A DNA stretch of 48,141 nt from contig CP070707.1 in NCBI GenBank assembly GCA_020350205.1, forward strand, positions 3,450,276 to 3,498,416, given 5' to 3'. Source of the stretch: a bacterium. Lineage in GTDB: Bacteria > Calditrichota > Calditrichia > RBG-13-44-9. The notes under the pieces are model-generated. The model was given only the letters and a program-made list of their open reading frames with translations, was not told where the DNA came from and did no database searches. The position numbers and the translations under genes are program-made. This document shows, one piece after another, positions 1 to 8,231 of this stretch (positions within the stretch are counted from its first letter, which is position 1; every line of letters begins with the position of its first letter).

Positions 1-1
1 A

Positions 2-370
2 CTGGAACCGTTAGTTGCAGAAAAGAATGTTAAAAATAGGGGCACCTGTCTCGAAGCACTCATTGAAAGAGAAGAGTACCTGAGTACCGGTTTGGAGAAT
101 GGCTTGGCGGTTCCCCATGCCAAGACGGCAGCAGCAGAAGAGATGGCGGTGAGTTTTGGATTAAGCCAGAAGGGACTGGATTTTAACTCTTCGGATGGAA
201 AGCCGACCCATTTTGTATTTTTGGTGGTCTCACCGTTGGATACCTCGGGACCCCACCTTCAGATTCTGGCGCAAATCAGTCGCAATCTGCGCGAGCCGAA
301 AGTCCGTCAGGAGCTATTGGAAGGTAAATCTTCAGCGGAAATTTTAAACATTATTCATCATTTTAAATAA
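2..370 (+). CDS. PTS EIIA-type (fructose/mannitol/Ntr family) domain protein, 5'-truncated by window edge
   Basis: Frame is open from nt 2: ...LEALIEREEYLSTGLENGLAVPHAK... carries the R-E..STG..G.A.PH phospho-His motif. 'DFNSSDGKPTH' and 'HLQILAQISR' are also typical of PTS_EIIA_2. Confidence 0.9.
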   Translation: MEPLVAEKNVKNRGTCLEALIEREEYLSTGLENGLAVPHAKTAAAEEMAVSFGLSQKGLDFNSSDGKPTHFVFLVVSPLDTSGPHLQILAQISRNLREPKVRQELLEGKSSAEILNIIHHFK

Positions 371-381
371 ACGAGTCGACT

Positions 382-1353
382 GTGCCCATATTTAATCAGC
401 TTGCACCCCACTTGAATCAAATTCATACTCAATTGCAGGAAAGTGTAAGAGAGAGCTTTCCGGTGTCATTGCGTGACCCCATCCTCTATTTTCTCGAGTC
501 TACCGGAAAAAAAATTCGTCCGTTGCTTACCATCTTATCGTGTGAAGCTGTTGGCGGAAAGATGGCGAATGCCATGCCCGCTGCCCTTGGAATAGAATTG
601 TTTCATGATTTTACCCTCATTCATGATGATATTATGGACCGAGATGAATTAAGGCGCGGCCGGTACACCATACATACCAAATGGGGTGAAGATGTGGCGA
701 TTCTGGTAGGTGATGCCTTGGTAGGTCTGGCATATGAGCGGTTTCTACAATGTGATACCCGCCATCTTCGGCAGATTATGCAATTGTTTACCGATACGCT
801 AATCAAGGTGTGTGAAGGTCAGGCGCTGGATAAGGAATTCGAAAAGCGAGAAGATGTAAATTTAGAACAATATCTTGATATGATTACCAAAAAGACGGCC
901 TGGCTGATTCGCTTGTCAACTCAAGTCGGAGCAATACTGGGCAATGGTTCTCAAGAGCAGGTGGGGTTAATGACCCATTTTGGAAATCAGTTGGGAATCG
1001 CCTTCCAGATCCAGGATGATTGGTTGGACTATGCCGGGGAAGAAAATACTCTGGGAAAAAAGGTGGGAAGTGACTTAAAATTGGATAAGAAAACTTATAT
1101 ATCTCTTAAATATCAGGAGATATTATCACAAAAGCCGGACCTTAAAAATATGTATCCCGGCAGATTGTCTGGCTTTAATTCATTACCGGATCTTAAAAAG
1201 GCCCTACTCGATCTTGAAATTGCCCAGCAGATAGAACAGCTGATCGATTCCTATTTTAATGATGCCTTGCAGGCGCTGGAAAAAGTTCTGCCTCTTTCCA
1301 ATGAAAATCAGATATATCAGGTTGTACTTTCCCTCCAAAAAAGACAATCATAA
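382..1353 (+). CDS. Polyprenyl diphosphate synthase (short-chain, GGPP synthase type)
   Basis: GKKIRP, FARM HDFTLIHDDIMD..RRG, GQALD, KKTA and SARM FQIQDDWLD motifs; GTG start. Confidence 0.92.
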   Translation: MPIFNQLAPHLNQIHTQLQESVRESFPVSLRDPILYFLESTGKKIRPLLTILSCEAVGGKMANAMPAALGIELFHDFTLIHDDIMDRDELRRGRYTIHTKWGEDVAILVGDALVGLAYERFLQCDTRHLRQIMQLFTDTLIKVCEGQALDKEFEKREDVNLEQYLDMITKKTAWLIRLSTQVGAILGNGSQEQVGLMTHFGNQLGIAFQIQDDWLDYAGEENTLGKKVGSDLKLDKKTYISLKYQEILSQKPDLKNMYPGRLSGFNSLPDLKKALLDLEIAQQIEQLIDSYFNDALQALEKVLPLSNENQIYQVVLSLQKRQS

Positions 1354-1417
1354 CAATTCATCTCCCGGGAGTGAAGTCGACTCGAACGAAATAAATCCTA
1401 CCCACCAGATAATCGTT

Positions 1418-1771
1418 TTACCTATTTCTTTGTTTTTCTGCCAACTCCCGCATCAGAGAGAGTAAAGTTTTTTGATTTGCAGGAGAGAGACGGGCCCAAA
1501 GCATCAATAATTGATTTTCATTTCCATAACTTGTTTTATTTTCTTGAACCTGATTCAGCAGCGGTTCGGATTCTCCGGTCAGGATCCATTCGATGTTGGT
1601 TTTTCCCAGGCGGGCGAGGTGATACAAAATATCGGCCGGCGGGACGCGTCCTCGCAGATAGAGCGAAACCGCGGGTTGACTTACGCCCAAATAAGACGCT
1701 AATTGCTGCTGGTTCATTCCCTGGGTGTGCATAATCTTTCTGATACGGTCAGCGGTGGATGATTTTTTCAT
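1418..1771 (-). CDS. XRE/Cro-CI family HTH transcriptional regulator
   Basis: MNQQQLASYLGVSQPAVSLYLRGRVP...IEWILTGE is a typical HTH_3 signature. Confidence 0.88.
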   Translation of the reverse strand: MKKSSTADRIRKIMHTQGMNQQQLASYLGVSQPAVSLYLRGRVPPADILYHLARLGKTNIEWILTGESEPLLNQVQENKTSYGNENQLLMLWARLSPANQKTLLSLMRELAEKQRNR

Positions 1772-1795
1772 AAACGAATAAAAAATTTGTAATTT

Positions 1796-1838
1796 AATAT
1801 AATAATTGTTATATTATGATTATTATAAATATAATCAT
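1796..1838. promoter_or_regulatory. Two adjacent inverted repeats (candidate operators) in the divergent XRE/DUF2851 promoter region
   Basis: AATATAA-T-AATT-G-TTATATT (1796-1815) and ATGATTAT-N7-ATAATCAT (1816-1838). Confidence 0.45.
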
Positions 1839-1850
1839 GGGGAGGTCAGA

Positions 1851-3206
1851 ATGCAAGTTGAAAAAGGGACACTCTTATCTATTCGTTTTCCTGAATATTA
1901 TCTGTTGTGGACGTTCGACAGTCCGGAATTTCTAAAAAAACAGCTTCAAACCTGGGACAAACTCCCACTCGAGTTCTATGACAAAGGAATACCAAATCAC
2001 GATAATGGTCCGGATTATCGACAAGCACTCATTAAAGTTGGAAATACCCTGATGCGGGGTGATATAGAATTCCATCATGAATGGCAGGATTGGTTCAGAC
2101 ATGGTCATGACGGTGATCAGCGGTACAATCAGGTGATATTACACATTCTCTGGTATCCACCAAAAGATCTACCGGAGGATTTAGCGAGGCGTTTTCCGCA
2201 TTTTATATTGTCTGAACATGTGAATATGCCATACCATCGCTGGAGAGAAGCGATGGAGATCCTGAAGAATCAGGAGTTGCCCAAACCTGTGAAGGTACCA
2301 AAACTTGGCTCAGTCGGCCTCGATCCGCGCAAACTGGCCTGGAAACGGTTTATACGTAAAAGTCAGGAATTGCGTGCCTGGGTAATCCAATTCGGCTGGG
2401 AGACGACACTTTTTATGGGACTTGCCAAAGTGTTGGGATATAATAAAAACAGTCACCCTTTTGTCCAGTTAATTAAAAGCCTGCCCCCATCTAAAATCGT
2501 TTCATTGTTACCTTCTCTACAACGGTCTCCATTGGTTTTCTGGGTTCTTCTGGCCTGGCAAGCTGGGCTGCTGGAGAGGCCGCTTAAACAGGTATCGCGC
2601 ACAGGGGTGCCTGATTACCGTAAATTGATTAATCATTTAAAACGGCAATTTTCACATGTATTCGCTTTACCCCGGCAAGATCTTATCCAGTGGAATTTTT
2701 CCCGCCTACGCCCTTATAATAGTCCTTATAATCGCCTGGCCGGTTTTAGTCAAATTATTTTTAAATATCACAATCGTTCCCTTTTTAATATCCTGCTGGA
2801 TATTCATTCAAACCGGATGGGGTGGATGCAGCTGCTGGAAGAGGTAAAGAAGATCATCTGTATCCCCTTGAGTTCAGATTTCAAACCATTCTTTCAACAA
2901 CTTTTCGGATCAGGTATACTGGCCGGGCATAGTATGGGTTCTCAGCGAAGTCAACTTTTTCACCTGAATGTCCTGCTGCCTTTATTTTATGTCTGGGCAG
3001 GGGTAAATCACAGTCCGGGTTTCGCCCGCTATCTTGAAGATATTTACTTTCAATTTCCGGCAGTTGATTCCAATTCCCGCCTTCAATCCCTGATTAGGGA
3101 TATTGACCCATCCGGATTAAAAAATGCCTTTGTCCACCAGGCATTGTTAGAATACTATCAACTCAATTTTACCCGACAGCAACTGACTATCCAAAAAATG
3201 CATTGA
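1851..3206 (+). CDS. DUF2851 family protein
   Basis: N..GPDY, GDIEFH...DW..HGH..D..YN.VILH, GY.KN..PF and W.F.RLRP.N.P..RLA motifs. GGGGAGG RBS lies upstream of ATG 1851, which is preferred over the TTG at 1806. Confidence 0.85.
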   Translation: MQVEKGTLLSIRFPEYYLLWTFDSPEFLKKQLQTWDKLPLEFYDKGIPNHDNGPDYRQALIKVGNTLMRGDIEFHHEWQDWFRHGHDGDQRYNQVILHILWYPPKDLPEDLARRFPHFILSEHVNMPYHRWREAMEILKNQELPKPVKVPKLGSVGLDPRKLAWKRFIRKSQELRAWVIQFGWETTLFMGLAKVLGYNKNSHPFVQLIKSLPPSKIVSLLPSLQRSPLVFWVLLAWQAGLLERPLKQVSRTGVPDYRKLINHLKRQFSHVFALPRQDLIQWNFSRLRPYNSPYNRLAGFSQIIFKYHNRSLFNILLDIHSNRMGWMQLLEEVKKIICIPLSSDFKPFFQQLFGSGILAGHSMGSQRSQLFHLNVLLPLFYVWAGVNHSPGFARYLEDIYFQFPAVDSNSRLQSLIRDIDPSGLKNAFVHQALLEYYQLNFTRQQLTIQKMH

Positions 3207-3231
3207 CAACTTTCTTTTAAATGCGTAAAAT
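3203..3231 (+). promoter_or_regulatory. Sigma70-type promoter for the MgtC-like/DUF350 genes
   Basis: TTGACA (3203-3208), 17 nt, TAAAAT (3226-3231). Confidence 0.65.
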
Positions 3232-3252
3232 TTTCGAAAATTGAAAAATCCT

Positions 3253-3672
3253 ATGGATCTATTTTCTCCCTCGATTTTATTGAACCTTATTAAACTTTGG
3301 GTTACGACGTTGGCTGTCTTAATGATAGGATGGTCCAGGCCGGAAGAAGAAAAATTTCAATATCTGCTGAGTCTTGTCTTTGTCGGAATAGGTTCCTGTC
3401 TTTTCATGATTGTGACTGTAGAACTTGCTCCCTATTTCGTTATTCAGCCCCAGCATATCGCTGGTAATGTGATGCTCGGAATGCTTGTTTTGGGCATGAT
3501 TATCATCATAAAAAATAAGGTCTCCGGCACAAGTATCCTGTCTGCTGCATCAATCTGGTTAAGCGGTGCCACTGGCTTAGCCATAGGAATAGGACTGTTT
3601 ATGGAAGGAATTGCCATGGCCTTTATTTCGTTTTTAACGTTTAAATGGTTGAGTCGTCTCGTCAAGGAATAA
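3253..3672 (+). CDS. MgtC/SapB-like small integral membrane protein
   Basis: 4-5 hydrophobic helices. 'LVFVGIGSCLFMI' and 'SAASIWLSGATGLAIGIG' resemble the MgtC TAASIW..AAIGLA.G.G motif. Start is uncertain (TTG 3241 or ATG 3253). Confidence 0.65.
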   Translation: MDLFSPSILLNLIKLWVTTLAVLMIGWSRPEEEKFQYLLSLVFVGIGSCLFMIVTVELAPYFVIQPQHIAGNVMLGMLVLGMIIIIKNKVSGTSILSAASIWLSGATGLAIGIGLFMEGIAMAFISFLTFKWLSRLVKE

Positions 3673-3707
3673 AATTACTTTTTTGATAAATTTACCAGGA
3701 GTTAACC

Positions 3708-3935
3708 ATGTGGTACGAAACACCTCTGTTTTTGAATGCAATTTATGCTATTGTTGGTGTTATTTTGGGAATTGCCTCTGCGATCATCACCTATCGTCTG
3801 ATCAATCGTTTTACTCATTTCGATATTCCCAACGAGTTAGAAAAGGGAAATCTGGCGGTGGGTGTGGTGGTGTGCGGAATATTTATCATGATTGGGCTTA
3901 TTGTCGGATTGATCATCGGTATGAGCCTCAACTGA
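3708..3935 (+). CDS. DUF350 family small membrane protein
   Basis: Two TM helices flanking 'FDIPNELEKGNLAVGVV'; AGGAG RBS. Confidence 0.8.
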   Translation: MWYETPLFLNAIYAIVGVILGIASAIITYRLINRFTHFDIPNELEKGNLAVGVVVCGIFIMIGLIVGLIIGMSLN

Positions 3936-4114
3936 TAGGACCGATCTTCATTAAAAAGATCGCATACCGCAGTTAATATTTGGGATCAATTTTTAAAACA
4001 TTGAAATGATTCATTCATTTGTGTTACGTGTCACGCCAGAATATGATTTATGCTCTATTTTTAAAATGATCCTGATAAATAAAAGTCATATCGTGTGAAT
4101 ACTCAAAATGTAGT

Positions 4115-4897
4115 GTGATAGGATTGGATCAATACCCCGTGAAGTCAGTGATTATAAAATTCATTTTAATGGCGATGTTAATTCAGTTGAATAATAGTTG
4201 CCAGCGTTCCCCAGATCAGACTCGTCTGGGTGCGGAGTCGGATTCATTATTGAACTTTGTAAAAAAGCGTATAGAAGAAAAAAAACAATATGAAGAATTT
4301 AGAAAAAAAACGCTTCCCCGTGACTTCGAAAATAAAGTTCAGAATTATTATCCTGTTATTCGCAAATATTCCAAACGCTATGGATTTGATTGGCGTCTAA
4401 TTGTGATGCAAATTTTGAAAGAATCGCGTTTCCGGGAAGATGCCAGAAGTCATGTGGGGGCGATGGGCCTCATGCAGATAATGCCTTCCACTGCCATGGA
4501 AATCCGTCGTGAGATGGATATTGAATTTATTGCCAATAATCCCAGAGAAAATATCGCCGCCGGGATTTACCATCTCTATAAACAACTGCAGAATTTTCCG
4601 GATGCGGATCGAAATAACCGGCTGATGTTAGCGCTGGCAGCTTATAATTGTGGAGTAGGCCGGATTTACGATGCCCAGAAGGTTGCTCGATATTTGGATC
4701 TCGATCCTCAAACCTGGGATGCTGTGAAAATCTGCCTCCCTCAACTTACTAGAAAATACTGGAGAATGCATCTGGAGATCTGGGAGCTTGGGGTACCTAC
4801 CTATGGATATTTCTACGGCTACAACCAGACCATTTCCTATGTGGATGATATTATCCGGAATTACCACATTTTTACCAGTGCCTTCAGGGAATATTAG
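4115..4897 (+). CDS. Lytic transglycosylase (SLT domain, MltF C-terminal-like), probable lipoprotein
   Basis: DWRL...KESRF (catalytic Glu), GAMGLMQIMP, ALAAYNCG.G...DA and YGY..G..QT..YV motifs. Hydrophobic N-terminus ends in LNNSC. True start may be GTG 4139. Confidence 0.88.
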   Translation: MIGLDQYPVKSVIIKFILMAMLIQLNNSCQRSPDQTRLGAESDSLLNFVKKRIEEKKQYEEFRKKTLPRDFENKVQNYYPVIRKYSKRYGFDWRLIVMQILKESRFREDARSHVGAMGLMQIMPSTAMEIRREMDIEFIANNPRENIAAGIYHLYKQLQNFPDADRNNRLMLALAAYNCGVGRIYDAQKVARYLDLDPQTWDAVKICLPQLTRKYWRMHLEIWELGVPTYGYFYGYNQTISYVDDIIRNYHIFTSAFREY

Positions 4898-5036
4898 CGG
4901 GATCACTTTTGGTATGGGAATTGAGTCAGTGCTGCAGACAGAGAATAATCCTTTGGGGTACCATGATCTAAAATGAATATAAGTCTTTAGAATATTATAA
5001 TCGGGACTTTAATTGGACTGTAAACTGGAAAATAAA

Positions 5037-5870
5037 ATGAAATATGTATTTATTTTACTCATCATCTTTTTGCTGATGTTGTCCGGGGGAATTTCACAGG
5101 CATATAGTGAAGATTTTCAGACTTTTAAGGAAAGAGTAAAACCTCGCTATTACTATCTCCTGGCCGGCTCTGTCCAGAACTTTAGCTGTTATCTAACCAC
5201 CCAAACCTATATCGGTTTTCTCAAGGAGAGGAGCGATACTGTCAACACCTATCCCCTGAAATTTATCTGGACCCGGGAAGGAAAAATTTACTATGTGTTG
5301 CAACCTTATCCTGGTATGGAAAATAGTTCCGAACGTGCAAAAATATTAGAGAAAATTCAGCTGATGAAGAATCAATTTCATGGATTTTACCTGGATTGGT
5401 TAAATTTCCTGATCAGTTCACCGTTGGACGACATACCCATGACAGCGGAAATGCGGCAGCGGGGTGATTCGATCTTGGTTTCCTATGTTGTTGATGATCA
5501 AGGTTCGCCGGTGCAGGTGACAAAAACCTTTGTCCAATCGGGTCGCCTTATCTCAGTTGAGGTGATTACCACATCAGAAAAAGTCTTAAATTATCCACTG
5601 TACAATGAAGTCGAAGGCAAATGGGTTTGTTCCGCCTTGAATACCCAATTATATCAGGATAGTACCATCACATCTGGTCTATATACCCAACTGGAACTGC
5701 GTAAAATTGACCAAGAATGGTATCCGGCACGGGCTGATGTGATTGTGCAGACTATGGAAAATCCAAATGAAAAATTTATTTCCACTCTCTATTTCAAGGA
5801 ATACGAATTTAATCTTCCACTCCAGGAATTGGCCGATCCCCAGAAACCTGACAGCACTGACCATCAATAA
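5037..5870 (+). CDS. Secreted hypothetical protein, beta-rich
   Basis: Signal peptide MKYVFILLIIFLLMLSGGISQAYS; long ORF with alternating beta-strand patterns; TATAAT at 4996-5001 upstream. Confidence 0.7.
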   Translation: MKYVFILLIIFLLMLSGGISQAYSEDFQTFKERVKPRYYYLLAGSVQNFSCYLTTQTYIGFLKERSDTVNTYPLKFIWTREGKIYYVLQPYPGMENSSERAKILEKIQLMKNQFHGFYLDWLNFLISSPLDDIPMTAEMRQRGDSILVSYVVDDQGSPVQVTKTFVQSGRLISVEVITTSEKVLNYPLYNEVEGKWVCSALNTQLYQDSTITSGLYTQLELRKIDQEWYPARADVIVQTMENPNEKFISTLYFKEYEFNLPLQELADPQKPDSTDHQ

Positions 5871-6161
5871 TTACTCATAATCATTTTGCCTAATTATTGA
5901 ATATCAGCAGGGATATTAATTTTTGAAAAAATAATCGGAGAGAGCTTTTTTATAGATTGTTCGCCTGGGAGGAGGAAAAAATTTTTGCGGGTTGTCTATA
6001 TGTAGGAGGGGAATAAAAATACGCCCCCAAATCAATCTTATGAACAACCAGCATGTCAAAACAGGTGAACGCATAAGGGTTATCGGAGTTTTCTATATGC
6101 TACGATGAATCAGAGATCAACCGGTGAATTCGTGAATGATGCTGATTCCGGCATACCTCTC

Positions 6162-8015
6162 TTAATTTAATGCCTTACCCCGACCGATTTCCAATGCTTT
6201 CTGCATGATGGGCAAAAATTCCTCCTTTTCCATAAATCCGACAACCCTGAGATTTCTGATTTCTTCAAGAGACGGTGTTAAAAAAACCAGAGTTGGGACA
6301 CCTTTAATCTGGTACTCCTTTCTGATTTCCTGGGTTCGGGGATCACCCGCCTTGGTCAGATCAACTTTCAGCATCAGAAAATTTCTTGAAATGTCAATGA
6401 TCTCCTGCTGAGAAAAAGTGAATTTATCCAGCTCTTTGCAGGGGATACACCAGTCAGCGTAGAAATCAAGCATAACCGGCTGCAGGTTTTGGCTGGCCTC
6501 TTCCAATAGGTCCTTTGAGTAGGTCTTCCAATTTATCTGATTGAGGTTTTCTGCTGGACTTTGTTGTTGGGTGACCGCACTTTTCTGAATCGCGGCTTCG
6601 ATACCAAAACTGAAAAAAATCATACTTAAAACCAGAAAAATGATTCCAATCAAATTCCGAATGACGGCAAAGGTTTTACCCGGTACTTGGGTGGGCTCCA
6701 ACCAGGCCATATAAATGCCTCCGATCAGCATCGTAAAAGCCAGCGTCAGATTATACAGAAGAGCAGAGGGAAACAACGGTTGGAGAAAGTATACCGCCAT
6801 GGCAATTAATACAAAACCAAATATACTACGGACCCAAATCATCCAGGCACCTGAGCGGGGAATTTTATTCATACTGCCTGAGAATAGGGCCAGAAATATA
6901 AAGGGAATTCCCAGGCCCAGGGCGAGCACAAAGAACATTCCAAAGCCTAGAACCACGTCCCCTCTTTCTCCTACGTAGGTAAGTAAAGCCAGCACAAATG
7001 GTCCGATACAGGGAGCGGCGACAATTCCGACTGTTAATCCCATGAAAAAGGTGCCCACATATCCCTGTTTGGCACCGCCGGCAAAGGTAGAGAGGAAGAC
7101 CGGTATCCTGATTTCATACAGATCGAACATACTGAGGGCCAGGCCTACCATGATGAGGGCAATGATAACCAGAACATAGGGATTCTGCAGTGCAGCGCCA
7201 AACAGATTTCCGGACAGGGCCGCAAGTACTCCCAGAATGGAATAGGTAATGGCCATACCCAACACATAAATCATGGCGTGAAAGATGAGCCCGCCCTTTT
7301 TCCCCTCCACCTGACCACCAAAATAACTGATGGTGATAGGAATTAACGGGTACACACAGGGAGTGAGGTTTAAAGCCAACCCGGCAATAAAAACCAAAAT
7401 AAATGTTAGTATCCATCCCTTTTCAGAAATAGTAGCTGCCAGACCGCTCTCTTCCTCCGGAACAGCAGTTTCCGTTTTCCCGGCGGCGGGGATTGCAGAG
7501 AATATTTCCTGGTTAATGTAGGTGACAGGTTCTTCAGGCGCTGCCAGGGCCAATGTTTGTTCAAAATTATAATCAGCCGGAGCCATGCAGGTGTGGTCAT
7601 CACAAGCCTGATACCCTACTATACCTTTTAGAGTAAATTCGGAAACCGCTACATCAGTGCTGATGCTGAGGGTGGTAAAAATTAAGATGCTCTCTTCGTA
7701 CACCGCAAGTGGGGATTCCGAAAATTCAAATTTTTTAATTTTGGCCTCAGGAAAACTTAGTTTTCCGAGAGTAATCCCTTCCGGAGTTTCAATGGTGAGG
7801 GTTGTGGGTATCAGAAAATCCTCGGAAGGTGTTTGTGCGTTGATATGATAGGGGGGATCAATCCGAATTTCAACCGCCAGTGAATAACTGTTACCTGCTT
7901 TCAATTTTTGTACCGAACTAAGGAATTTTGCTGAAATGATGTCCTCATCCGTTTGAGAATAGAGGAGTGAAAAAAGTATAAATATCATCATCATTGAAAC
8001 TGAAAAATACTTCAT
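6162..8015 (-). CDS. dsbD: Thiol:disulfide interchange protein DsbD (alpha, beta and gamma domains)
   Basis: YQACDDHTC (alpha), LTPCVYP and AAPCIGP (TM beta), FYADWCIPCK (thioredoxin gamma); signal peptide; AAGGAG RBS. Confidence 0.92.
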   Translation of the reverse strand: MKYFSVSMMMIFILFSLLYSQTDEDIISAKFLSSVQKLKAGNSYSLAVEIRIDPPYHINAQTPSEDFLIPTTLTIETPEGITLGKLSFPEAKIKKFEFSESPLAVYEESILIFTTLSISTDVAVSEFTLKGIVGYQACDDHTCMAPADYNFEQTLALAAPEEPVTYINQEIFSAIPAAGKTETAVPEEESGLAATISEKGWILTFILVFIAGLALNLTPCVYPLIPITISYFGGQVEGKKGGLIFHAMIYVLGMAITYSILGVLAALSGNLFGAALQNPYVLVIIALIMVGLALSMFDLYEIRIPVFLSTFAGGAKQGYVGTFFMGLTVGIVAAPCIGPFVLALLTYVGERGDVVLGFGMFFVLALGLGIPFIFLALFSGSMNKIPRSGAWMIWVRSIFGFVLIAMAVYFLQPLFPSALLYNLTLAFTMLIGGIYMAWLEPTQVPGKTFAVIRNLIGIIFLVLSMIFFSFGIEAAIQKSAVTQQQSPAENLNQINWKTYSKDLLEEASQNLQPVMLDFYADWCIPCKELDKFTFSQQEIIDISRNFLMLKVDLTKAGDPRTQEIRKEYQIKGVPTLVFLTPSLEEIRNLRVVGFMEKEEFLPIMQKALEIGRGKALN

Positions 8016-8231
8016 GCTTGCTCCTTAAAGGATCCACAAGGATATTTTTATCAATAACAAAACAATTTTAAAATCAGGTTCGCCTTATACACATTTTTTA
8101 CGCTGTCGTTCCCTGCTTTTTTTCATCAGATTTTTATCTTGATTAACTGACATCCAAAACTTCATAATTCACAAATATATCAAAATATTTAGCTGCGTTT
8201 ACTTGGCGCCTATCCAGATCTCACTTCACAT

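Noticed and set aside
3683-3976. Cys-rich 97-aa alternative-frame ORF
   Set aside because: Shadow of the hydrophobic DUF350 gene, which has the RBS and a recognisable family pattern.
4020-4035. parS-like sequence TGTGTTACGTGTCACG
   Set aside because: Only 11/16 match to TGTTTCACGTGAAACA with broken symmetry. I saw no convincing parS in the window by eye.
8032-8043. 12-mer ATCCACAAGGAT repeated at 34389-34400, partly DnaA-box-like
   Set aside because: A single 12-mer match is expected by chance, it does not match TTATCCACA, and there is no box cluster or oriC signature.
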